DNA of 10,216 bases from Thermoanaerobaculia bacterium (GCA_038245905.1 JBBRRY010000056.1:1-10216), one strand, 5' to 3'. Shown: positions 1-7,517, numbered from the stretch's first letter. Numbers and translations: made by a program. Notes: generated by a model from the sequence alone, not told the origin.

Positions 1-1
1 G

Positions 2-1304
2 ATGGAGGAGATCGTGGGGCTGAGCACGAAGGAGAGGGCGCGGCTGGTGGAGCTCGAGCAGGTGAAGGCGGGGCGGCAGACGGTGGTAGCTGCAGCCGAG
101 CGGCTTTCGATGAGCGAGCGGCAGGGCAAGAGGATCTGGAAGAGGTACCGCGCCGAGGGAGCCCGGGGCCTGGTGCATCGGTCACGAGGGCGGCCGTCGA
201 ATCGGACGCTGGATGCCGAGAGCAAGCAGAAGAGCCTCGAGCTGTGCCGGACGCGGTTTTCGGGTTTGGGCCGACACTGGCGGCCGAGAAGCTCCTCGAG
301 GTTGGGTTGAGGGTTTCTCACGAGACGCTGCGGCGGTGGCTGATCGTCGAGGGGCTGTGGAAGAAGAAAAGGAAACGTGGGCCGCATCGAAAGTGGAGGG
401 CGCCGAAGGAGCATTTCGGCGAGCTCGTGCAGATGGACGGCAGCTTCCACGACTGGCTCGAAACGGGCGACAAGCCGTGCCTGATCGATCTTGTCGACGA
501 CGCCACGGCGAAGATGGGGGGCGAGTTCTTCGAGCAGGAGACGACGGAAGGAGCATGAGGGTGCTGTGGCGGTGGATCGAGCTCTATGGCATCCCGAAGG
601 CGCTTTACACCGACCACAAGAATCTCTACGTGGTTGATCGCGAGCCGACGAAGGACGAGCAGTTGGCCGGCCAGCCTGCGCTTTCGGCCTTCGGCAAGGC
701 CTGTCACAAGCTCTCGATTCAGATCATTGCGGCCGCCAGCCCTCAGGCCAAGGGCAGGATCGAGAGGCGGCACGGCGTGTTGCAGGACCGTCTCGTCAAG
801 GAGATGCGGCTACGGGGTATCAAAGGCCTCCCCGGGGCCAATGCGTTCTTGAGAAACGGATTTCTCGAGACGATCAATGAGAAATTCGCGCACAGCGCGG
901 CGAGTCGAGTCGACTATCACCGGCCCGTTCCCAGAGGCCTGAGGCTCGAGGATGTTTTCGTCTTCGAAGATGAGCGCACCGTGCAGAACGACTGGACGAT
1001 CGTCTGGGACAGCCGCTTTTTTCAGATCACAGGGCCCAGGGCCCGGATGCCGCTTCGCCGCCAGAGAATCGTGGTGCGCCGGGGACTGGATGGATCTCGA
1101 GTGCTGCTTCACCATGGAAGGACTCTCGAATTCCACGAGATTCCACAGCGGCCCCATCGCCCGGCGCCCCTGATCAAGCCGTCTTCGGTCGCAGCGTCCC
1201 GTCCTGCGTGGGTGCCTCCTGACGACCACCCTTGGAAGGGGTTCTTGACGGCCGCTAGCGCCAAGGCGGCTCGCCAGCGCCTGCAGCGGGCCGCCCTTCG
1301 CTGA
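2..1304 (+). pseudogene. IS1202/ISNCY-family DDE transposase split over three frames (2-~265, ~265-555, 555-1304); about 434 aa if rejoined
   Basis: Frame 2 gives the N-terminal HTH (AAERLSMSERQGKRIWKRYRAEGARGLVHRSRGRPSNR). Frame 1 gives FGPTLAAEKL...VSHETLRRWL...FGELVQMDGSFHDW...LVDDAT. Frame 3 gives YGIPKALYTDHK...SPQAKGRIERRHGVLQDRL...PPDDHPWK. The D, D and E motifs are all present. Each break is a single missing base, so this may be sequencing error rather than true decay. Confidence 0.85.
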
Positions 1305-1388
1305 GAATGTCCATCGTTTTCCACATCTCCACCGCCGTCCACAAAGAGAAAAAGAACCAAAAAGAGAAACGCGGCGGCGACTACGGGT

Positions 1389-1437
1389 GACATTTCTATC
1401 GAGCTATTTCAGGGGACATTTCTAATGTGCGTTGACA
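1389..1437. repeat. Right terminal region of the IS with two direct 10-bp repeats (probable transposase-binding sites)
   Basis: GACATTTCTA occurs at 1389-1398 and 1415-1424 (26-bp period), followed by ATGTGCGTTGACA. Confidence 0.8.
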
Positions 1438-1853
1438 GCAGCGGCCCGGACGACGACGACGGGGCAGGCTGCATCGCAGACGACGCGCAGAGCCACGCTG
1501 CCGAACATGAGCCTCGTGACGCCCGCGCGGCTGCGCGTGCCGAGAACGACGAGCTCCGCCAACGCGCGCGCCGCCGCCTCGACAAGCACGACATACGGCG
1601 TTCCGTCGAGGAGCTCGATCCGCGCCTGGACGCGGGCAGCCTCGGCGCGGCGGCGCAGCGACTCGAGCTTCCTCAAGCAGATCGCGCGGAGCGGAGCCAC
1701 CTCCGAGATCGCACAGTCGAGGAGGACCGGAGTCGGGATCACGTGCGCGACGACGAGCACGCTGGAGCGCAGCCGGGCCTCGTCGAGCGCGAGGAGGAAC
1801 GCGTTCTCGGAAGCAGGGGAGAAGTCCGTCCCCAAAAAAACGGTCCCGGGCAT
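1422..1853 (-). CDS. Universal stress protein (single UspA domain); C-terminus altered by the IS
   Basis: N-terminal VFLGTDFSPASENAF and C-terminal ELVVLGTRSRAGVTRLMFGSVALRVVCDAACPVVVVR are typical Usp motifs. GGGAGG lies upstream. The start is ATG 1853 or GTG 1856. Confidence 0.9.
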   Translation of the reverse strand: MPGTVFLGTDFSPASENAFLLALDEARLRSSVLVVAHVIPTPVLLDCAISEVAPLRAICLRKLESLRRRAEAARVQARIELLDGTPYVVLVEAAARALAELVVLGTRSRAGVTRLMFGSVALRVVCDAACPVVVVRAAAVNAH

Positions 1854-1887
1854 CACGTGGCCCTCCCGTCCGCTCTGTTCGCGAACG

Positions 1888-2388
1888 TCACGCCCGGGTG
1901 GGGCGCGACTTCCTCGCCGCTTTGGCCTTCGCAGCTCTCCCGATCTTCACGACCTTCTTGCTCTGCTTGGGCTTCTTGCTCTGCTTGGCTTGCTTCGCCC
2001 GCGCCGGAGCGGAAACCTGCTCGGCGAGGAGACGAAGGAGATCCGACACCGTGACGATGCCGGCGAGCGTGCCGTCCGGCTCGATCACGGGCAGGCAGCC
2101 GATGTTCCAGCCGCGCATGACGTTCGCGGCCTGACGCACCGGCATGTCCGGCGTCGCCTTCACCGCGTATGCGGTCATCATGGCGCCGATGGGACGCATG
2201 CGGCGGATCTCGTCGCGATCCCTTCCGCCGAGGTCCCGCGCGGAGACGACACCCACGACTTCTCCGCCCTCCCCGGTGACGACGAGGTGGTGGATGCGCT
2301 TCCAACGCATCAGGTTCCACGCGGCCTCCGCGTTCTCGGTGTGAGCGACCGTCTGGACCCGCCGGGTCATGATTTCGTGGACTCGCAT
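1888..2388 (-). CDS. CBS-domain pair protein with Lys/Ala/Arg-rich C-terminal tail
   Basis: Two CBS repeats: MRVHEIMTRRVQTV...IHHLVVT...VVGVVSARDL and IGAMMT...IGCLPVIEPDGTLAGIVTVSDLL. SD GGAGG is 6 nt before the ATG. Confidence 0.92.
   Translation of the reverse strand: MRVHEIMTRRVQTVAHTENAEAAWNLMRWKRIHHLVVTGEGGEVVGVVSARDLGGRDRDEIRRMRPIGAMMTAYAVKATPDMPVRQAANVMRGWNIGCLPVIEPDGTLAGIVTVSDLLRLLAEQVSAPARAKQAKQSKKPKQSKKVVKIGRAAKAKAARKSRPTRA
1954..1998. repeat. Degenerate 9-bp tandem repeat (includes a 17-bp exact duplication at 18-bp period) in the CBS tail
   Basis: cttcttgct ctgcttggg cttcttgct ctgcttggc ttgcttcgc encodes AKQ AKQ SKK PKQ SKK on the minus strand. Confidence 0.75.
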
Positions 2389-2515
2389 CGGAGCCTCCCC
2401 CTATACGATCGGGAGCGGGCGCGGCGCACGCCATGAGCCACCTGAATCAGGCGGTGGCGAAAATGGGAGCGGCCGCGCGAAGTCTTATCATCGGTCCGGC
2501 GCGAGGAGGTGACCA

Positions 2516-2944
2516 GTGGAGAAGGCGGCCGGCAGAGGGGAAATCGTCGGTCTTCCGGAGATCGACCGGGAGCATCAGCTCCAGATCGATCTCGTGGACG
2601 CCTTCGAGAAGGCCGCAAGCGCGAACGCGCGCCCCGAGGCCGGACGCATTCTCGAGCAGATGGCCGACCTCTCCGGGATGCACTTCCTCGCCGAAGAGCT
2701 CGTCATGCAGCTCCACCAGTACCCGGCCTACCAGGAGCACGCGAAGGAGCACGCAAGGCTCCTCGAAGAAATGCACCGGCTCCTGAAGCAGAACGCGGCC
2801 GGCACGCTCGACATCACGCTGGATCTCGCCGACCGCCTCCGGCGCACGCTCCGAGACCACTTGCGCGGGACCGACTATGTCCTATCCGCTTACTTGCGGG
2901 AGGAGGGCGTCGTCGAGACGGAGCCGGGGGCGCCGCCGTCCTGA
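2516..2944 (+). CDS. Single-domain bacteriohemerythrin (non-heme di-iron protein)
   Basis: G-x-x-x-IDREH, HFLAEE-x-x-M, YP-x-x-x-x-H-x-x-x-H and H-x4-D give the canonical ligand set H20, H56, E60, H75, H79, H115, D120. Strong SD AGGAGG at 2504-2509 before the GTG. Confidence 0.92.
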   Translation: MEKAAGRGEIVGLPEIDREHQLQIDLVDAFEKAASANARPEAGRILEQMADLSGMHFLAEELVMQLHQYPAYQEHAKEHARLLEEMHRLLKQNAAGTLDITLDLADRLRRTLRDHLRGTDYVLSAYLREEGVVETEPGAPPS

Positions 2945-2990
2945 CGCTCCCGGGACCGCGCCCGTCCGGCCCCGTGGCGCTCAGGTCAAG

Positions 2991-4322
2991 TTAGGGTTCC
3001 GTGTCGTTTTCCATCATGCGCTTTGTCTGCGTTTGCGTGGCGTGGGCGAGAGCTTGCTGCCGGCGCCCGAGCGCGAGCGCGTTCGCGATCCAGACGCCGG
3101 CCACGGGCAGGAAGACCGATGCGAAGCCGAGTGGCGAGAGCCCGAGGAAGGCCACGAGGCCGTCCGCGAGCGCGCCGAGGGCGTCGCCGCTCCGATACAC
3201 GAAGGTGTCGATGAAGCTCTTCGCCGTGTATTTCTCCTCGCGCGGCACGACGGTGAAGAGGGCTTCGCGCGCGGGCTTCACGAGCGCGAATTCCGCGGCC
3301 CGCCGGATCACCTGAACGGCGAAGAGCGTTTGGGCCGTCGCGGACGCCGCGAGCGCGAAAAAGCCGGCGGCCGTCACCGCGGGCAGGAGGGCGAGCGTCG
3401 GGCCGAGGCCAACCGCCGGCAGGATGCGCCCCGTGAGGAAGAGCTGAGTGAGCGCCGTGAGGATGTTCACGAGAAGATCCGCTTTCGCGAAGAACGCCGT
3501 TCGCGCGCCCGCGTCCGCGAAGGACGCCCGCACGATACGCGCCTGCGCGAGATAGAGGAACGTCGAGCCGACGGTGAAAAGCAGGAGAAACGCCGCGATG
3601 CCGAGGAGGTAGCGCGACTTCGCGAAGAGCGTGATTCCCGAGAACGCTCCCGTGCCGGGCGGCGCGCCATCGCCCGCGAGGGACGCGCGCTCGGCGGCGC
3701 CGGCGTCGACACGATAGACACGGGCGAGCCGGTGAAGACAAAGGACGCCGGCCTCGAAGAGGGCCGACGCGACGAGAAGGAGCGGCACGGGGCCGATGCG
3801 GCGCGCGAGCGCGACCGTGACCAGTCCGCCCGCGATGCCGCCCACTGTGCCGCCGAGCCCGATGAATCCGAAGAGCCGCTTGGCCTGCTCGGAACGGAAG
3901 AGGTCGGCGAGAAATCCCCAGAAGACCGACACGACGAGGAGATTGAAGACGCTCGCGTAGACGAAGAAGAACCGACCGGCGTTGAGCCGCTGTGCGCCGT
4001 GGAGGAAGGTCAGGAGGCCGAAGAACACGACGAAGCTCCCGGCGAAGGCATGCAGCACGGCCGGCACGAAGACCCGCCGCGGGGTGCGCGCGACGAGGGT
4101 TCCGAAGAGAGGAACGACGACGAGCGTGCCGGCCAGCGTCCCGAAGAAAAGCCAGTTCAGAGCGAAGCCGCCTCCAGACGAGGCGCCCATCTCGTCGCGG
4201 AGGGGCCGGATGATGTAGTAGCCGCCGAGGATGAAAAAGAACGAGAGCGCGGACCACGTGAGGCCGGCGCCCTCGCCCGGCTCGAACCGTACGAGGCGGG
4301 AAAGGGCGTTTCGGGCCTGCAC
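2991..4322 (-). CDS. MFS transporter, NTT / ATP-ADP translocase-like group
   Basis: Many hydrophobic helices. Motifs YYIIRPLRDEMG, SVFWGFLADLF..EQAKRLFGFIG.GG..G, KPAREALFTVV.REEKY.AKSFIDTFVYRSGD match the bacterial NTT-like MFS group. The GTG start is 4 nt after the upstream stop. Confidence 0.88.
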   Translation of the reverse strand: MQARNALSRLVRFEPGEGAGLTWSALSFFFILGGYYIIRPLRDEMGASSGGGFALNWLFFGTLAGTLVVVPLFGTLVARTPRRVFVPAVLHAFAGSFVVFFGLLTFLHGAQRLNAGRFFFVYASVFNLLVVSVFWGFLADLFRSEQAKRLFGFIGLGGTVGGIAGGLVTVALARRIGPVPLLLVASALFEAGVLCLHRLARVYRVDAGAAERASLAGDGAPPGTGAFSGITLFAKSRYLLGIAAFLLLFTVGSTFLYLAQARIVRASFADAGARTAFFAKADLLVNILTALTQLFLTGRILPAVGLGPTLALLPAVTAAGFFALAASATAQTLFAVQVIRRAAEFALVKPAREALFTVVPREEKYTAKSFIDTFVYRSGDALGALADGLVAFLGLSPLGFASVFLPVAGVWIANALALGRRQQALAHATQTQTKRMMENDTEP

Positions 4323-4326
4323 GCCG

Positions 4327-5448
4327 TCAGCCGGCCTTCGGAGCTTTCTTCGCCTCGTGCCAGGCCGCGAGGACGGCAGCTTCGCGTTCTTCGCTGAGGC
4401 CGCTCTTCAGCTTGGCCGTACGTTCCTTCGGCTGCTTCTTCCACCAGTCGAGGGTGTCCTTCGCAGTGGTCTTGATGGGCCGGAACGTGAGGCCCTTCGC
4501 GACAGCGCGCGTGTTCTTGACGAGGCCGCCGCCCGCGTCGGAGCCGGCGGGCGAAGTCCACACGGGGAGGTCGCTCCACTCCTCGACCTTCTGGGCCTTC
4601 AGGAACGCCGCGTCGACCCATGTGAAGCGCGTGTCGCTGCCGCTCGCCGCCTTGCAGGCTTCGAGCATGTCGCCCACCTTGATCGGCGCTGAGGTGGCGT
4701 TGAAGACTCCGAAGTTCTTCGTGTCGATCGTCCGGACGATCCAGGACGCAAGGTCGCGCACGTCGATGAACTCGACGGGATCCTCGGGCCGGTTGGGCGC
4801 GAGGACCTCTCCGCCCTTCGACACCCGGACGGGCCAGTAGGTGAACCGATCGGTCCCGTCGTTCGGCCCGACGATGAGGCCGGGACGCACGTTCGTGACC
4901 CGCCCCGGCATGGCGGTTTCGGCGGCCGCCTCGCACAGCGCCTTGAGACCGCCATACGTGCCCTCGGCGATCGTCTCGACGGTGGGGTCCGTGAGGACGG
5001 CGACCGGCGCCGTTTCGTCGACGCCCGGCTTCCCGAGGTCCGCATAGACGGAGATGGACGACACGAAGACGTACTGCTTCGCCGTCTTCCCGAGGAGCGC
5101 GGCCGAGTCCTTCACCTGCCGGGGGAAGTAGCCGGACGTGTCGATGACGGCGTCGAAGGAACGCCCCACAAGGGACTTGAGGTCGTTGTTGCGGTCTCCC
5201 TGCAGCTTCTCGAGATCCGGAAACAGCCCCGGGTTCGTCTTGCCGCGGTTGAAAAGCGTGATCGTCCAGCCGCTGGCTTTCGCGGCGTCGACGATCTCGG
5301 GCCCCAGGAATCGGGTGCCGCCGAGGATGAGAAGGGTCTTCCGGGGGTTCGCCCCCGCGGACAGCGCCTTCGTCCCGAAGGCGGCGGCGGCAGCGGCGGC
5401 CGCGGCAACCACGCCCGCATCTCTCACGAACCTGCGTCTCGTCGTCAT
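4327..5448 (-). CDS. NAD(P)-dependent epimerase/dehydratase-family (extended/atypical SDR) protein with twin-arginine signal peptide
   Basis: The start is reassigned to ATG 5448 (SD AGGAG upstream; the ORF-track start overlaps rfbA). The N-terminus MTTRRRFVRDAGVVAAAAAAAAAFG is Tat-like. It has a Rossmann motif LILGGTRFLG, FVSSISVY, YGGLK (YxxxK) and VRPGLIVGP. Confidence 0.9.
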   Translation of the reverse strand: MTTRRRFVRDAGVVAAAAAAAAAFGTKALSAGANPRKTLLILGGTRFLGPEIVDAAKASGWTITLFNRGKTNPGLFPDLEKLQGDRNNDLKSLVGRSFDAVIDTSGYFPRQVKDSAALLGKTAKQYVFVSSISVYADLGKPGVDETAPVAVLTDPTVETIAEGTYGGLKALCEAAAETAMPGRVTNVRPGLIVGPNDGTDRFTYWPVRVSKGGEVLAPNRPEDPVEFIDVRDLASWIVRTIDTKNFGVFNATSAPIKVGDMLEACKAASGSDTRFTWVDAAFLKAQKVEEWSDLPVWTSPAGSDAGGGLVKNTRAVAKGLTFRPIKTTAKDTLDWWKKQPKERTAKLKSGLSEEREAAVLAAWHEAKKAPKAG

Positions 5449-5497
5449 GTGCGCTCCTGTGACCGGAAGTACGAAATCGGACAGGCAGGGTTGCGCC

Positions 5498-6370
5498 TCA
5501 GGCGCCCCCGTCCTCCAGCATTCGGAGGAGATAGCGCCCGTATTCACTCTTCATCTTCTTCGCGAGATTCATGACGTCGGCCGTGGAGATCCAGCCCGCG
5601 TTGTGCGCGATTTCCTCGGGGCAGGCGATCTTCAGGCCCTGGCGCGCCTCGATGGCCTGGATGAAGTTCGAAGCCTGGAGGAGCGCCTCGTGCGTCCCCG
5701 TGTCGAGCCACGCCATGCCGCGGCCGAGGATCTCGACGTGCAAGTCTCCCGTCTCGAGGTAGGCGCGGTTGACGTCGGTGATCTCGAACTCGCCGCGCGG
5801 CGAGGGCGCGAGGCCGGCCGCGACGTCGAGCACCCGGTTGTCGTAGAAATAGAGGCCCGTGACCGCGTAGTTCGAGCGCGGCTCCTTCGGCTTCTCTTCG
5901 AGGCCGATCGCCCGCCCGGTCGCATCGAACTCCACGACGCCGTAGCGCTCCGGGTCGAGCACGCGGTAGGCGAACACCGTGGCTCCGGCGGCCCGCGCGG
6001 CCGCGCGCTGGAGCATCTCGGGAAGGCCGTGGCCATAGAAGAGGTTGTCGCCGAGAGCCAGCGCGACGGAGTCCTCGCCCACGAACGAGCGCCCGATGAC
6101 GAAGGCCTGCGCGAGGCCCTCGGGCCGCGGCTGCGCCGCGTAGGAAATCCGGACGCCGAACTGCGAGCCGTCGCCGAGGAGGCGCCGGAAGCCCGCCTCG
6201 TCTTCGGGTGTCGTGATGATGAGGATGTCGCGGAGGCCCGCCAGCATCAGCGTCGACAGCGGGTAATAGACCATGGGCTTGTCGTAGACGGGACAGAGCT
6301 GCTTCGAGACGGCGAGCGTCACGGGGTAGAGGCGCGAGCCCGAGCCCCCGGCTAGGATGATCCCCTTCAC
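5498..6370 (-). CDS. rfbA: Glucose-1-phosphate thymidylyltransferase (RmlA)
   Basis: [49 protein letters not shown] and [14 protein letters not shown] are present. The true start is GTG 6370, overlapping the rfbB stop (GTGA); 290 aa. Confidence 0.97.
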   Translation of the reverse strand: MKGIILAGGSGSRLYPVTLAVSKQLCPVYDKPMVYYPLSTLMLAGLRDILIITTPEDEAGFRRLLGDGSQFGVRISYAAQPRPEGLAQAFVIGRSFVGEDSVALALGDNLFYGHGLPEMLQRAAARAAGATVFAYRVLDPERYGVVEFDATGRAIGLEEKPKEPRSNYAVTGLYFYDNRVLDVAAGLAPSPRGEFEITDVNRAYLETGDLHVEILGRGMAWLDTGTHEALLQASNFIQAIEARQGLKIACPEEIAHNAGWISTADVMNLAKKMKSEYGRYLLRMLEDGGA

Positions 6371-7473
6371 GCGGAGACCTTCGCGGACGACGAAAGGCCG
6401 ATCCGCGCCAGCGCGTCCGTGCCGGCCTGGACCGTGGCGCACCAGTCCGGGTTCGCCAGGTACCAACGCACCGTCCGAAGAAGACCTTCTTCGAATGAGT
6501 AAGAGGGGCTCCAGCCCAGCTCGCGGCGGATCTTGCCGGCGTCGATCGCATAGCGGCGGTCGTGCCCGGGCCGGTCCTTCACGAAAGTCTTGAGCTGCGT
6601 GTATTCCTTCTTCCCATTCGCAGAAATCCTAATCTTCGAATTCTCCTTTGCCGGTCTCTCTTGTTCGAGCGCCGCGCAAATGGCGTCCACGATCTGGAGG
6701 TTCGTGCGCTCGCTGCCCCCGCCGATGTTGTATTTGCCGCCGGGCGCGCCTTTCTGGAGCACCAGCAGGATGCCGCGGCAGTGGTCGTCGACGTGGAGCC
6801 AGTCGCGCACGTTGCCGCCGTCGCCGTAGATGGGAAGCGGCTTTCCCTCGAGCGCGGTCAGGATCATGAGCGGAATGAGCTTCTCGGGGAACTGGAACGG
6901 CCCGTAGTTGTTCGAGCAGTTCGTCAGGAGCGTGGGCACGCGGAACGTCTCGTGCCAGGCGCGCACGAGGTGGTCGGCGGCGGCCTTCGACGCGGCGTAA
7001 GGAGAGTTCGGCGCGTAGGGCGTCTCCTCGGAGAAGAGCCCGGACTCCCCGAGCGTGCCGTACACCTCGTCGGTGGAGACGTGGAGAAAGCGGAAGTGGT
7101 CCGCCTCGCCGGCGGAGAGCGTGGCGAGGTGGGCGCGCGACGCTTCGAGCAGCTCGTACGTTCCGTTGATGTTCGTGCGGACGAACGCGCCGGGGCCGTC
7201 GATGGAACGGTCCACGTGCGTCTCGGCCGCGAAGTTCAGGATCGCGCGCGGCCGGAAGGTCGCCAGGACGGCGCGCATGGCGTCCTTGTCGGCGATGTCC
7301 GCTTCCACGAACGTGAAGCGCGGGTCCTTCTCCACGTCCAGGAGGCTCGCGCGATGCCCCGAGTAGGTGAGCTTGTCGACGACGACGACGCGGTCGGGCG
7401 TGTCGACGAGAGCCAGCCGGACGAAGTTGGAGCCGATGAAGCCGGCTCCTCCGGTGACGACGATCGTGTCCAT
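6367..7473 (-). CDS. rfbB: dTDP-glucose 4,6-dehydratase (RmlB)
   Basis: [64 protein letters not shown] and [12 protein letters not shown] are present. Confidence 0.97.
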   Translation of the reverse strand: MDTIVVTGGAGFIGSNFVRLALVDTPDRVVVVDKLTYSGHRASLLDVEKDPRFTFVEADIADKDAMRAVLATFRPRAILNFAAETHVDRSIDGPGAFVRTNINGTYELLEASRAHLATLSAGEADHFRFLHVSTDEVYGTLGESGLFSEETPYAPNSPYAASKAAADHLVRAWHETFRVPTLLTNCSNNYGPFQFPEKLIPLMILTALEGKPLPIYGDGGNVRDWLHVDDHCRGILLVLQKGAPGGKYNIGGGSERTNLQIVDAICAALEQERPAKENSKIRISANGKKEYTQLKTFVKDRPGHDRRYAIDAGKIRRELGWSPSYSFEEGLLRTVRWYLANPDWCATVQAGTDALARIGLSSSAKVSA

Positions 7474-7517
7474 AGGGAGGTAAGGATATCGGAGTCCGCC
7501 GTGCGCGCGGGCTGGGC

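Larger units (their letters stand above)
1..1437 (+). mobile_element. IS1202-family (ISNCY-type, IS481-related) insertion sequence; left end lies outside the window
   Basis: Contains a DDE transposase followed by about 130 bp of non-coding DNA. It ends in two GACATTTCTA repeats (1389-1398, 1415-1424) and terminal GTTGACA at 1437, which reads 5'-TGTCAAC on the minus strand, the TGT start expected for this family. Host-like coding sequence resumes at 1438. Confidence 0.85.

Noticed and set aside
213-554. N-terminal part of the 363-aa ORF 213-1304
   Set aside because: Wrong frame; transposase motifs in this interval are in frames 2 and 1, and frame 3 is only meaningful from 555.
1438-1470. dif/XerCD site next to the IS end
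   Set aside because: The flank is GC-rich usp coding sequence with no XerD-like TTATGTTAAA arm; the left flank cannot be seen.
1834-1840. A7 homopolymer near the usp 5' end as a phase-variation site
   Set aside because: Short, in frame, encodes an ordinary VFL strand; no evidence of variation.
1425-2436. Plus-strand ORFs 1425-2054 and 1432-2436 beginning in the IS end
   Set aside because: Antisense to usp and the CBS gene, low complexity, no SD.
2945-2990. Intrinsic terminator between the convergent hemerythrin and MFS genes
   Set aside because: Only a weak imperfect GC stem and no U-tract on either strand.
2877-4397. 506-aa plus-strand ORF
   Set aside because: Antisense shadow of the MFS gene; R/E/G-rich with no motifs, as expected in high-GC DNA.
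4327-5448. Calling the SDR rmlD because it follows rfbA
   Set aside because: It lacks the RmlD-type GxxGQLG/STDYVF pattern, has GGTRFLG and SSISVY instead, and carries a Tat-like leader.
5449-5547. ORF-track N-terminal extension of the SDR (likewise 6371-6466 for rfbA)
   Set aside because: They overlap the upstream genes; ATG 5448 with SD and GTG 6370 with stop overlap are better starts.
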